DNA of 64,000 nt from Klebsormidium nitens (lineage: Eukaryota; Plantae; Klebsormidiophyceae): the NCBI GenBank assembly GCA_000708835.1, contig DF237033.1, positions 62,001 to 126,000 of the forward strand, read 5' to 3'. Made by a program: the position numbers and the translations under genes. Shown here one piece after another: positions 24,124 to 36,081 of this stretch (positions within the stretch are counted from its first letter, which is position 1; every line of letters starts with the position of its first letter). The notes under the pieces are model-generated. The model saw only the letters and a list, made by a program, of their open reading frames with translations, was not told the origin of the DNA and ran no database searches.

Positions 24124-25610
24124 CTCAGCGGGAATATTTATCGCCCCTTTTTATTTGTGGAACTTAGTCTGTTGACAGAATATTGACGCCAAACTTTGAG
24201 GCGATCGATAATAGCCTAGCGAGGCTGCAGTGAAGAAGGATAAGATCGTCCACTGCAAGTGGGCGGCCCAATACTGGACCGTGAAATAATCGCTGAAGCT
24301 GTCTAGTGTGCGACCGCTGGTAGCCTGTGACTAACACTTGACATTGAACCATATTTCCTTATTGTTACTGACTAACTTAACCTTTGAGGTCATTCATTCT
24401 AGATGTACTGTCGAGGTCACAGTCCCGGCCAGATATTCAATCGACGTGTGTGTAAGAACTTTGACGCCAAATTGTGGTTTGTTAAAGATTTGCTTGACTT
24501 CTCCGGCTCCATTCTGCCAGCTAGTCTGTGTCATGCCAGCTTGCACGACGTCGTTACAGCGCCGGCCAGGTCTTGGCCGGGATGTATCCTAGCCTGATGT
24601 ACACCGTACGCCTGCTGCCGGGCAGATACGTGCACTCGCGTCGTGCCGGCGCCTTCAATAAATGACAAACTTCATTGCGAATATATATTGTACGCGTGAT
24701 CCCGGTGCATGCATTGCTAGTATATATGTCGGACTTAACGCAGGGCGATCGACTCGGTTCAATCAATTATGAATTGTTACGGTATTGTTGTGCAACAATT
24801 GAACGTTGTTCTAGCGAGGCTAGAGAACCTCAGTATTGAATCATGGAGCTAGAACTTCAACGGTGACAAATCTCGATCATGCTCATGCAAGCTCGCGATT
24901 CGATCGTTGCACCCCCTGGCATTGTTGCGCATTCAACAGTTGGGTTAATTATGGTTGGGTTACACTGACCATATCTACTAGCTGCATACCGTCGATCTGC
25001 TGCGTTTCCTCTATATCAAGGGCCTGGCATCATTTCCGACTACGGTACGTGGGTTCAATATATGATCGGCTGTATATACATAGCTGGCTACTATGAGGAC
25101 GTGCGTACGTTATAGCTCGCGCCAGCTTTTGCCGTCGACATTCAGATAATCAAACAACAAGACCCTTTGCCATAAACTCCGCCGTTCTGTTCATAGGAGA
25201 TCATTGGTTGAACCTTCTTTCACGGCACGACAAAGCGTCATTCAATGACTGCTTATACAAGATTGCTCAGTCAACAATGCATGTGACTTGATTAGGTAGG
25301 CTCCTCAAAGTGGACCTTACGTTGCGATTAATGAGCTTCCGCGACTAGATGTTTGTAGGGTCTGATGTCACGGATTCATGCCGGAAGGCTAGATTATGAA
25401 CTATGGCGGGCCGCTGTTGAACTGAGTTCGGCAGTCAGATTCAGTACAAATGTGTTACCTTTACCGCGGGTGTCTACACTGCTCGACATAATCGTCCTTC
25501 CGCTACTGTGAATACCAGTATAATGCAAGAACCGCAGATGTGCGGCTCAGGTTGCACCTTCCATTTTCCGAAACCCGGTATTAATAATCTTACAATGCTC
25601 TGATTCTACT

Positions 25611-28600
25611 TTACACTTTGCTGTCGTCGACCATGCGGAGCTCCCCGCTGTTCACCCGTTGCAGAAGCATCGGGCTCGTCTCGCCATCCTCCTTGGCATC
25701 CCCGGCGTTTATAACCCGTTTGATCGCATTCGTCGCAGCGGCCCGGATGACGCTCTCCGGTTGGAGCTTGCTTTTGCCCCCGTACTCTAGCGCCCAGCTG
25801 TACCCCAGCATTCCGGCGATCGCCAGCACGATTCCGCCCACGTTCTTGAGGCTCATGGCCTGGTGGAACACCGCCCAGCCGAGAAAGAGAATCAGGACCG
25901 TCTTGATGTGACCGACGACCTGCACGGGCATGAGTTCGAGGATGAGGTACAGAACCCCATTGCGGAGAGATTGACAGCTAGAAAAATCAGGTCGGTCTTG
26001 ATGTGACCAGCAATTTGATGTGACCAGCAACCTGAGACGGGGATGAGTTCGAAGACTGAGAACAAAACGCCGTTCCACAGAGAGCGGACGGAAAGCTCAC
26101 GACGGTCTTGATGTGACCGACGACCTGCACGGAAGTACATTCAAAAGGATCAGATGACGCTCATGATGTGGCCGAGAAGACAAGACGCCTTGCGAAGGTA
26201 GCAACAGAAGAGTTACAATGGTTCTGATGTGACTGACAACCTGCACGGGAATGTTTGAGTATAGCCGCCCAGCCGACCTACCGTACCGACGACGAGACAA
26301 GAAGAACGCGACCGTCCCTTGTTGAGTGACCGACCGACCGCGNGACGGAGGTATGTNNNNNNNNNNNNNNNNNNNNCCTNTCCCCTGTGTGCCTTGCCTC
26401 CCACGACTTCTGATGTGACTGACAACCTGCACGGGAATGTTTCGAGAATTGAGGGCCCCATCGCCATTCCCGAAGCGAGCAACAGGAAAGCAGGACCCTC
26501 TTGATGTGACCGACGACCTGCACGGGGATGTCTTGAAGAGTGAGAAATAAACCCATTTGCGAAGAGAGCGACAGAAGAATCAGGTCGGTCTTGCTTTGAC
26601 CAGCAACTTGATGTGACCAGCAACCTGAGACGGGGATGGGGTTTGAGGAAGAGAACGCCGTTGCGAGGGAGTAACGGGGATCGGGACGGTCTTGATGAGA
26701 CCGAAGACCTGCACGGGGACGAGTTCGAAGACTGAGAACAAAACGCCGTTGCGAAGAGAGCGGACGGAAAGCTCACGACGGTCTTGATGTGACCGACAAC
26801 CTGCACTGGAACACGTTTGAAGAAAAAAAAAACGCTCTTGATGTGGCCGAGAAGACAAGACGCCTTGCGAAGAGAGCATCAGAAGAGTTACAATGGTTTT
26901 GATGTGACTGACAACCTGCACGGGTTGAAGATTGAGGGCCACATCGCCACTCCCGAACGGAGCAACAGATAATCAGGACCCTCTTGATGTCACCGACGAC
27001 CTGCACGGGGATGTATTGAAGAATGAGAAATAAACCCATTTGCGAAAAGAGTGACAGAAGAATCAGGTCGGTCTTGATGTGACCAGCAATTGATGTGACC
27101 AGCAACCTGGGACGGGGATGAGGCGAAGATTGAGGAAGAGAACGCCGTTGCGAGAGAGTGACGGGGATCAGGACGGTCTTGATGAGATTGACAACCTGCG
27201 CGGGGATGAGTTCGAAGACTGACTGAGAACAAAACGCCGTTGCGAAGAGAGCGGACGAAAAGCTCACGACGGTCTTGATGTGACCGACAACCTGCACGGA
27301 AGTACTTTCGAAGGATCAGATGACGCTCATGATGTGGCCGAGAAGACAAGACGCCTTGCGAAGAGAGCAACAGAAGAGTTACAACCGTCTTGATGTGACC
27401 GACAACCTGCACCAGCAATCACTTGCAGGATAAGTTGAGAAGCAGAAAAGCGAAGTACATGCCGCTCTTCAACAAATAAGAAGTCGACTCGGAAAGAAGT
27501 CAGAAACGAGTCTCTTGTGCAGAACAAGAAGCCCTCGTGGTGGCAGTGTTAGACGGACGAGGTCAAGGGTGAGGCGAGTGAGTAGAACAGATTGAGGAGC
27601 TGTGCAAATGAAGAAAGGAACGGGCCGATCTTGGCGGAGACAGGGTCGACGTCGAGGGGCTGGAAGATTCCAAGTTGCCGCTAAACGAGCCTATTTGCGG
27701 ACCGCTTTGTCCAACGGGACAGCTAAGGTGTGAATTTTTGCAAACGTCCCAACCGCTTCCTCGCTCATAAACGAGCAGTTGAGCCAACACTGAAACTCAT
27801 ACCTTTGAAGGCAACTCCAAGAGTGTCAACGCAGAGCTGTAGTTTCTGGACAAAAAGCGTCTACGAACTAGAAAGGAGATGAAAGGCCCCAGACTCTCGC
27901 CTGGTTCCTTGATATCGAGGTTAAATGGCGCTTTGGACCTGACCCATCTTTGCATATCCTTGCAGAAAGTTTCGCAATGTGAAGCACGACAGTGGAACGA
28001 TGACGTAAGCCCGACAGGCAAGCGCCGTATGGCAGCTCCTTCTCGACAGATGAATAATAAGAACAATTACCTGGAAAGTTACAGCGCTGAACCGGCCGAT
28101 GCACATGAACTGGCTGATGTTGCAGAAGACGGCGAGCACACAGGAGAGCCCGATGAACATCTGCATAAGCGATGGGACGATTGCGCGTCAGTTCTCAAAT
28201 AGAGCACAGCTCGTCAACTCAACGACGACTGACTGATAACGTCCGCGATCGTCGGCGCCCTTTTCGGCTCGGCTCTGGTTGCTGACGTCAACGATGTCAG
28301 CAATCAGACGGCGCTTTTGGGCGCTCTCACGCGCCGGGGGTCAGCTTACGCAAAGGCATCAACAAGCCCGCTGAAAGCCAAAGACTGAAAAGCCGTGCGA
28401 GTGCCCGTGGTACGAACAATCTGCTCGGCGTTGAGTGATAACGTCAGCGAAACGGGTCTTGAGTGACGTCAGCGCAAGTAAAGGGTTGAGCTGGACGACT
28501 TGACGGTGGCAGAGCTGCACATCGCTCGGGCCTATTCTTTGAATGCTAACGTCAGCGATGTGACCGCTGAAACGGAATCTCTGGGTGCTCAAACAATCAT

Positions 28601-31600
28601 GTCATTTCCGGAGACCTTCCTTGACCACCCGATGGGAACTCAGAAAACCGGAAGGGCATCAATTCAGTAGAGAAGTGTCTTCTTCCGAGTGCCCGCTTCT
28701 CAAGATCCATGGGTTTCAGGACTGTACACTAATTGAATAGTCTTTCCCTTGAAGAGCGACTATTTGGTCAAAATGCGCCAAAACTTACCAGGGCTGGAAC
28801 GGAGAACGGGTAGTCGATGACCCGGCGGCTCGTGAGGAAGTAGTCGACGAAGGGGCCCATGACCGTGAGCGTGACGGCCTGGATGGGCGCGACTTTGCCG
28901 AGGAGCTCGAAGGACGTCACGCCGTGCTTCTTTTGGAGGGAGCCGATGAACTGGCACGAAAGAGTTATGAGAAGCTTAAGAGAACATTCTTTTGGAAATT
29001 CCTTTCAGTGCACACTCGCTTGTTGTGTCAGTGACACAAGTTTGGCGCTCTGCTTCTTGCTGCGGAAAAGTTACTGAACTTTGCGGAGAATACGGCCAAG
29101 TCATAGGGTTCGTTGAATCTGATCCGCTCAACGAGCCGGAGGCTTCCTGCGACTCCTACACTCTGCTGATGAGAAGGAAAGGGGCCACAGCTGTTTGCTT
29201 TCACGCCTCGTAACTTCGCCGTGGTTGTTCTGGAGGGAGCCGATGAACTGGCACAAGAACAAGAGGCAAAACGGCTTGACGCGAATCTTCCAACCGGCCG
29301 TTTCGATTCAATTCAGTTTCGACACGGCGCCTTTTGCTCGTTTATCAAGTATTGATTGGCTATTAATCGAAGTAGCTTGAGAGTCATTTGAACGCCTCGC
29401 CTTCATCAATACGGTGGCAGAGGTGCGGGATCCTGCGCCGGCTTCTTCCAAAGAAACCCGTTGGCAGTGAAGAGAGTGCCTCAGAAAAACAATTAAGAAA
29501 GTGTAACACATTGAAGATCAACCAGCTGTTGGTCTTACAAGCAGGTAGTCGCAAGATGGGTCGCAAAGGCTCATTCGGAGCTCTTGGATCTATCTCAGCG
29601 AACCATTCTGAGCCGTAGGAGCTGCCTGAATGCGAGTGGAATGACGGCAGAAAAGTGGCCAAAGTTTTGTTGCCACCTGATGACGACATCGGGTTTGAGC
29701 TCTTATGACCTGAAGGGTTGATTCATTCCCTAAATAAGGGACCTGAAGCTGACGACAATGACGGCGGTCAAGCCGTTCATCCGATACAGCACAACCTGAG
29801 CCGTTCGATCCGACGGAGGGTTCTTTCCAGCCTCGCAATCTGCCCGAGGAACAGAAGCCATCGCTATCGCTGATTGCACTCAACTAACTCTCTTGGTACA
29901 CTCAAAACGTTACTCTCTGATGAGCTCTCTGATGAGCCAGGCAATCCTTCCATGCCTTACAAATTGCTGAAGGAACGTGGAGACGCCGCTGCTGACCGTA
30001 GTCAGTCTTTCAACAAACATTTCGAGCCGTTCGATGATTCAAGACTTTGTTGCGAGCTACGACCTGTTGCATGGACGTAAAAACGACGGCGGTCACGGCG
30101 CTCAGGACCCCCGGCAAAGTTGACGTTCACGTCCGTCACGGTCACGATTTCGGTCAGACTCAAACCCCAAAATTTTACCCAAGCAACATGTGACCCGTCC
30201 GATGAGCGAACGGTTTCTCCCTGAGCCTTACGATCTGCTGGAGAGACGTCGAGACGACGGCGATCACGGCAGTCAGGAGTCCGGCAAAGTTGACGTTCAG
30301 GTCCGTCACGGTGACCACCCCCACGCCCAGTAGCACGACGGCGATGGATGCCTTGACCTCAGCGGAGAAGGTCTTGCCGTGGATGAGGTACTCGAAGACG
30401 CAGCTCACTGGGATCATGCTCAGCTTTGAGATCTGCAGATGCAGCAGGATATCAGTTCAAAAACATTGTTCTGGAGATGGAAAGATTAGATCGTCGCAGG
30501 AACACAGTTATGCTTTTGACTCCAGCCGTTGGTTAAGGCACCCGATAGTGCAGCTCACGAAACCCATGCTCGGTTCTGGAATCTGCACATTGAACTGAAG
30601 CAAGACGACCTTTCGAAGGGAGGAAAGACTGGTTGCAGTTTGACCGGGTCTGCCTTTGACATCAGCCCTTGGATGAGGTATTGAGACGCAGCTCACTGGT
30701 ATCATGCTCAGCTTTGAGATCTGCAGACTTAAGATTGAGAGTCAACCTTGAAAGGAGAACAAGAGGTTTAAGATCAAAGTAAACGGGTTCAGCTGTGGTC
30801 TCAGCCGTTGAATGTACTCAGAATGGCATTTGACGGGGATCGTGCTCAGATCGAAGATCTGCGGATGAGGGTATACAATGAGCATCTGGAGAGGGAATAA
30901 TGTGATAAAAATCAAGCCTCGGAAATTGAAGCACACCTCGAAGCTGCACTTTTCGGCAGAGATTGATCTTGTAGATTGCGCAAATCTCGGTGTTCCTGTC
31001 ATTCGAAAGACCAACTCTGGTCCTGCATTCAAGCATGCTGTTGGCTATTGGTTATGTACATTTCATGAGGCCTCGTTAAAAGTGCTTGGCATGCGAATCA
31101 GGTTCTATTCAATCGCGTCGCCCCTTGTGAAGCTTTCGGCGAAGCTCGATCTCCCTTCAAGCCTCTGAGCCAAAGCGTTCTGGTGTCACATCGAGGAGTT
31201 TTGACCGGTCTCAGAGCACTTCAAAGACATGCAGCTCAAGTGATTAGAGCGATTGAGCTAGCATTATGCTAGCAATCATCCCGCCGTTCTCTGTGTCTAA
31301 GATACTAGCATCAACCCAACTCCTCAGGTCTGAAAAGATACTGTGGCTATTTGGACCTTGCGCCGCATCCTTCTCCAGGTTAGCAAGTACCAGATCCGCA
31401 GCTAACTCCACACCAGTAGGCACACCTGCTCGGATTCTTGAACAGCTCTATCCGCCCTGATAAGCACTCGCAGGTTGACCATCTTCAAAACCTCCAAAAC
31501 CACATTGATGCAAAAAGCCTACAAAGAACAATAAGGATGATGACAAGCTCGTCTCACCTGATAAAAGCCGACCGAATTGAGCATCAGGCTGACGTTCATC

Positions 31601-33622
31601 CCCACAATGGAGCAGTTTGCCATGACCGTGAACAGCAGAATGTCCCAGAACGGGACCGTCTTTCCGGACGACATGACGCCTCCCGACGCCTTTCCGAGGG
31701 CCCCCGCCAACGACGTCACCAGGAAGTGCATCGCGGTTAGCGACGTGGCTGCAAAGGCGCGGAAGCGACGTCAGCATAAGTGGGGTAACGTCAGTAGGAC
31801 AAGCTCCTATTCAGAAAGTGCATCGCGGCCAGCGACGTGGCTGCAAATATGCAAAAGTGAGGTCAGCATGAGCGGGATAAACGTCAGCAGGCCAGGCTTC
31901 TGGTCCAAATTGCATCATGGTCAGCGACGTGGCTGCAAATTGCAGGAGTGACGTCAGCATAAGCGGGATAACGTCAGGAGGACAGGCTTTTGGTCAGAAA
32001 GCGCATGATGGTCAGAATTGTTGTTGCCAGCGAGTTGGAAAGGAAGTGAGTAGAAGCTGCTCGACTCCTGGCTGAGTCTGGTTGAAAGGAGGTCCAGGCT
32101 GCACTATCTCTTCTAGAAGGCCTCTGGTGATTGGAAACCAGGATGGGTTAGGTGGTCCACTTTGACTGGAGGTGGGAACAGAGACAGCGTCAGCTTGACA
32201 AGATCCCTGTAGTTGCTGCAAAGAGGCACAGATTGGCATCAGCAGATGAGGTATGACATGAGTTGCTCCCCTTTGCTGTTAGCCTGGACTGCTTAAGGAG
32301 TCCCTTGTGACCGTTGGACCAAATGTCAATTGTCACAGGGAAGATCTGATGGTCTGTTCTGTGGCTGTGAACAGTTGAGGGAAGAGGCATTATTGACTCT
32401 TTTGGCTGCGAACATGATTGCAGGAGGTCATTGATCACTGCTGACGCTCTTTCCTTGCCCCGCCCTTTCATCAGCAGCTACTGAATGCCGTAACTGATGC
32501 AGCAAATCCTCCCATGAGATGAGGTGTCAGCTTTGTCAGGCTTGGAGCTGTAGCTGAATGGCATGAGCTGGAGTTGAATCGTCAGGCTGGGAGGGAATTT
32601 GAAGAGAAAAATAGTGGACAAAATAGAATACAAGGTGGCTGTCAAATCACACAAGACTCTTTACAAGAACTGGTTTCGGTGGAAGAAAGAGAAAACAGAG
32701 GAAGGCAATGCTGCGATTTGAGCCAGATTGCGACAAAGAAGCCATCACTGTGCCGTCAATCTGCTCCCAAACTTTATTGAAGACCTGATCAGCAGTGCCG
32801 TAGCTGATGATAAGGCAAACTCAATACTTTCAAGCACCAATCAGCAGTGCCGTAGCTGATGATAAGGCAAACTCAATACTTTCAAGCACCAATCAATCAT
32901 TTCTGACTCTATATGCACATTTTCAGCTGAACTGAGCTGAGCTGAGCGTAAGATTGCGCGCTTTGACATGGATGCCCATATCACATTATGCAGCTGGTGA
33001 ATCCAGCTGGGGATTTGCACTTGGGGTTTCCTGAGATCTGACACGAATCCCTCAATCAGAGAGCGAATGGTGATCAACCATAGTCCAGATCTCACGGCTC
33101 AGCTTATTCTAACTCATGTTTAGATTCTGTAAATTCAAATAATGCTGTAAAGATCAACTGACAGATCAGGGATCTCAACTGTCTGCTTTGGAACAGAACT
33201 CAAAGAAGACTCATTAGAGGTCAGTCTGAAGAAAGAGCCCGGTTGTAGGGACACCTGCGGTCTGTCAACGATGCCATGATAAAAACCGTCGAAGTGGACA
33301 TGTCCTTCATCAGAGATGCATAACATGAACTTTGTAATGCAACTGCCACAAAAGAATTCCTGTTGAGACGTGCTCCAAGATGGCTAATTCTACATCATAA
33401 CGAATAGAAGGCTCTGAGAGTGCCTGGCTTTTGCCTTCTGAATACATCAAAGAAGCCAGGGAACACTTTCCGGCATGCTCATGTCTGCTTGGATCAGCAG
33501 TACTTACCAAATTTGAAGTCGAAGACGGAGAGCACTTGCTTGTTAGCAAAGATGATGCCCACCGAACTGCCAATGTTGAGGGCCCAGACCCCGACATCTG
33601 ATAAGAGTTTCCGCTTCTCCAT
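25611..33622 (-). CDS. URGT: UDP-rhamnose/UDP-galactose transporter-like nucleotide-sugar transporter (TPT/NST family), 355 aa; exons 33622-33508, 31748-31558, 30432-30232, 28950-28789, 28160-28071, 25919-25611
   Basis: Phase-consistent model: MEKRKLLSDVGVWALNIGSSVGIIFANKQV, NSVGFYQ|ISKLSMIPV, SLQQI|FIGSLQKKHG..SFELL, LAVFCNISQFMCIGRFSAVTFQ|VVGHIKTV. These blocks closely match Arabidopsis URGT proteins as I recall them. Confidence 0.92.
26357..26376. other. Assembly gap (20 N)
   Basis: Run of N, with isolated ambiguous bases on either side. Confidence 1.
26377..26408 (+). other. Untrimmed Roche 454 (Rapid Library B-type) adaptor sequence; assembly artefact
   Basis: CCTNTCCCCTGTGTGCCTTGCCTCCCACGACT directly after the gap. 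CCTATCCCCTGTGTGCCTTG is the 454 B primer, and the full 32-mer matches the RL adaptor as I recall it. Confidence 0.88.
29750..30870 (-). repeat. Echo copies on both sides of URGT exon 30432-30232
   Basis: GGATGAGGTA..GAGACGCAGCTCACTGG.ATCATGCTCAGCTTTGAGATCTGCAG is copied at ~30670-30726. CCGGCAAAGTTGACGTTCA.GTCCGTCACGGT is copied at ~30110-30142. Confidence 0.85.
31725..32020 (-). repeat. Acceptor/branch-point echoes upstream of URGT exon 31748-31558
   Basis: GTGCATCGCGG..AGCGACGTGGCTGCAAA recurs at ~31818-31847 and ~31912-31939, each with CGTCAGCAT (CTGAC branch-like motif on the minus strand). Confidence 0.8.
32788..32891. repeat. Perfect 52-bp tandem duplication within URGT intron 1
   Basis: ATCAGCAGTGCCGTAGCTGATGATAAGGCAAACTCAATACTTTCAAGCACCA occurs twice, with no mismatch. 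Confidence 0.95.
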
Positions 33623-36081
33623 AACTGACGATCAGCGCAAAACCGTCTGCTAAAGATCAATTTTGTGATTCAACTTGGGCTCGATGCAAGAGACGTTGCT
33701 CCTCCTGCGATTTTAAGCTCTAGCTACTCTTGAGGGCGCACCTCAAAGACTGCTTTTTGAGTCGATGCACGCGAGAAAGGACATGGCCGATCTGCAAGAG
33801 TACTCCGGTGGTATATGTCCTGCCACATCAGTGCCGATGTAAACAGCAGCATTTGGTCCTGTGACCGCGTTCTCAGGCTTGAGCGTCTTCTTCAAATACT
33901 ATGGCAGCCGAGAATCTTTCGAAGGCACTCCGCGCGTTGGGATCTCCGCAACCCCGCTGCGCGCAGCGCAACCCTTGCAGAAGAGCCAAGAAAGGAAGCA
34001 ATGCCGCAAAATTGGAGAAATTCTTGTGAATCTCCATTTTCAGCGAGCGCGGGCCTGCATCATGGCCTTGGCCGCAGTCTGCGGTGTCTTCTTCGCAGAG
34101 AATACTCGTGGCCGGTCGTCGGGCTCGGTACAGGCTTGCTCTAGTTTTGCGTTCATATGGTGTCAACCCGATGTGGTTCATCCGTTCTCCATCTGCCTGA
34201 CACTAAAGTATTGCGGCCTGCACGGGGATCGAGCCCTTGGCCGGCCGAGAAACTCTATGTACCTAGTACAGGTCTGTGCAACTTTTCCTGGCCTCTACGG
34301 AAGTGTCAAGTTGTCAACGGTACGCTGGCACGTACGTGCTTGAGTAGCGGGCCCGGTAATGTCGGTTCGTTCGGTGCTAACTTCAAGGCTGTCCGACGTG
34401 ACGTCACATAGCGTCAGCGTGCTGCGTAATGCGCGGCCGACGGACTCAAGCGGCTTTAGCACTTCTGTACCGGTCACCTCTAACCGATCTCTGTCGTAAC
34501 GGCGCATCACCCACTCCAGTCTGCGTAAGTCTTGATACCTATACCGGCCTATCCGGAACCACCGTGGGTTATCTCAAACCGAATGGAATAAGCCGGTCTC
34601 TGCTCGGGGGCTGAGTCCTGAAATCTGACTGTCGAATTGAAACTAGAACGACGGGAACTGGAATCAATCGCCGGTACATATATGTCCTGCTTGGAACAGT
34701 TAGTACCGAGCCAGCCTTTAACATGGTACCATGACGGTGACGGTACCGGTTGATAATGATTGACGGTGCCGAGTCGGTTACGCAACCGCGTGCCCTCGAT
34801 GCCGTCGGATCGACCAATGAAGCAGACTTCTTCCGTCGATAAATCGAAGGATTGGGATGGACGGTGCAGATCCATTATCGTATAGGTCGTACTCGATCTG
34901 GGCACCTTGTCGGACGTAGACGTCACCACCATTCCCAAGTTGATTCCCGATCAATATTCATGCCAAGTGTGCTGCTCAGGAAGGCTGTGAAGCAAAACGG
35001 TCTTCTCTTTTGCATGATGTTGCATCCTTGCACTTGCAAGTTGCAGCGGCGAAGTGTAGCTTGCATGTTTTGAAGCCTCCTCATCCTGCCAAGCCGGCAG
35101 GTGCGCTTAAGAAGCAATTTTTTTGTTGACCACTTCCATTCTACTCTTTTATGCTGCACCTGAAGGAAGCAATCTGCCTTGCTGCTGACTAGAGTTGCAG
35201 AGGGCCACGCAAAAGTAAACCATGCAGATCTTGTTGTCTCTGTCCTAAGCTCGGTTTACGCTGCTGCTGTGTGCGCAAGGGTAAGCAAGGCAGCTGATGA
35301 GTTGCTGATTTTAGTAGAGGGAGTGAAACATTCATCTATTTTTCGCTTGCTTCCATGGACGCCTTCTATCAGCGTCCTCCAAAGAACTTTCATAAGCTGG
35401 GACTCTTAAGAAGGGTTTTCTTTGTGTACTGATGCTTAAGAAGACTTATGCTTCGTTGACATGTAGCAACAATTTGAAGCAGAAGCTCCGTGACTACTAG
35501 AAAATGTTTGAAATTTGAGGCGGTTCTAGAGTTTGGTTGTTGACAGGTGCTCGCAACAGGGGCATATTTTGCTCATCAAAGTTTCTGCCTTCCCAAAACC
35601 AAAGAAATATTGGACATACTTTCTAAGCGTCTGCCATACTAGGAAGTTTGCTACAGATTATGCCTTTTGTCTCTGCATACATAAGATTAGAGTTTACTAG
35701 TGTTAGGCTCCCCTTCGAAAGCATGGGTCGCCACCTCGTGCGTTAGCGTCTTCCAGTGATCTGGAATTGATTGCTTTTCCTCTTCTGCAGTTGCCGCATT
35801 TCCTACATGAGAGGATCAGCTGCCTCTGTTGACAGCACACTTAGGCAACCTCTCCCCAAAGTGCACCACCACTGATCAAACGCCTCACATCAGGACGGGA
35901 CACCTAGTCGTCACTTTCTTGACATCGGGCACGCTAGGCATAGGCCAGCAGCAAGGGTACCAAATAAGCCTTGTTGCCTTGTGCACCCTCTAAAGCTCGA
36001 CCACTCAACTTTAGTGGCAGTTAGACGGAAGCAGGTTGCACGCAATTTTGAAATCACCTCAAAGCGCCGCACTTTTTTGAA

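Larger units (their letters stand above)
25920..27420 (-). repeat. Higher-order tandem array (~490-bp unit x3, each with several sub-units) of the last URGT acceptor junction
   Basis: GTCTTGATGTGACCGAC(G/A)ACCTGCAC-type echoes at 26124, 26240, 26426, 26517, 26708, 26800, 26915, 27000, 27195, 27291 and 27406. Matching sub-units are 483-491 bp apart. Confidence 0.93.

Noticed and set aside
25920-27420. CRISPR-like look: ~25-bp repeats separated by 60-100-bp spacers
   Set aside because: The repeat is the URGT exon/acceptor junction, the spacers are themselves repeated, the context is a eukaryotic intron, and there are no cas genes.
26097-27527. Many ORFs starting MQVVGHIKT / MQVVSHI in the ORF track
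   Set aside because: They are read-throughs of acceptor echoes with frameshifts and Ns, not genes.
33861-34343. Overlapping 100-160-aa ORFs between the URGT and MATE starts
   Set aside because: No motifs and open on both strands, consistent with GC-rich 5' or promoter sequence.
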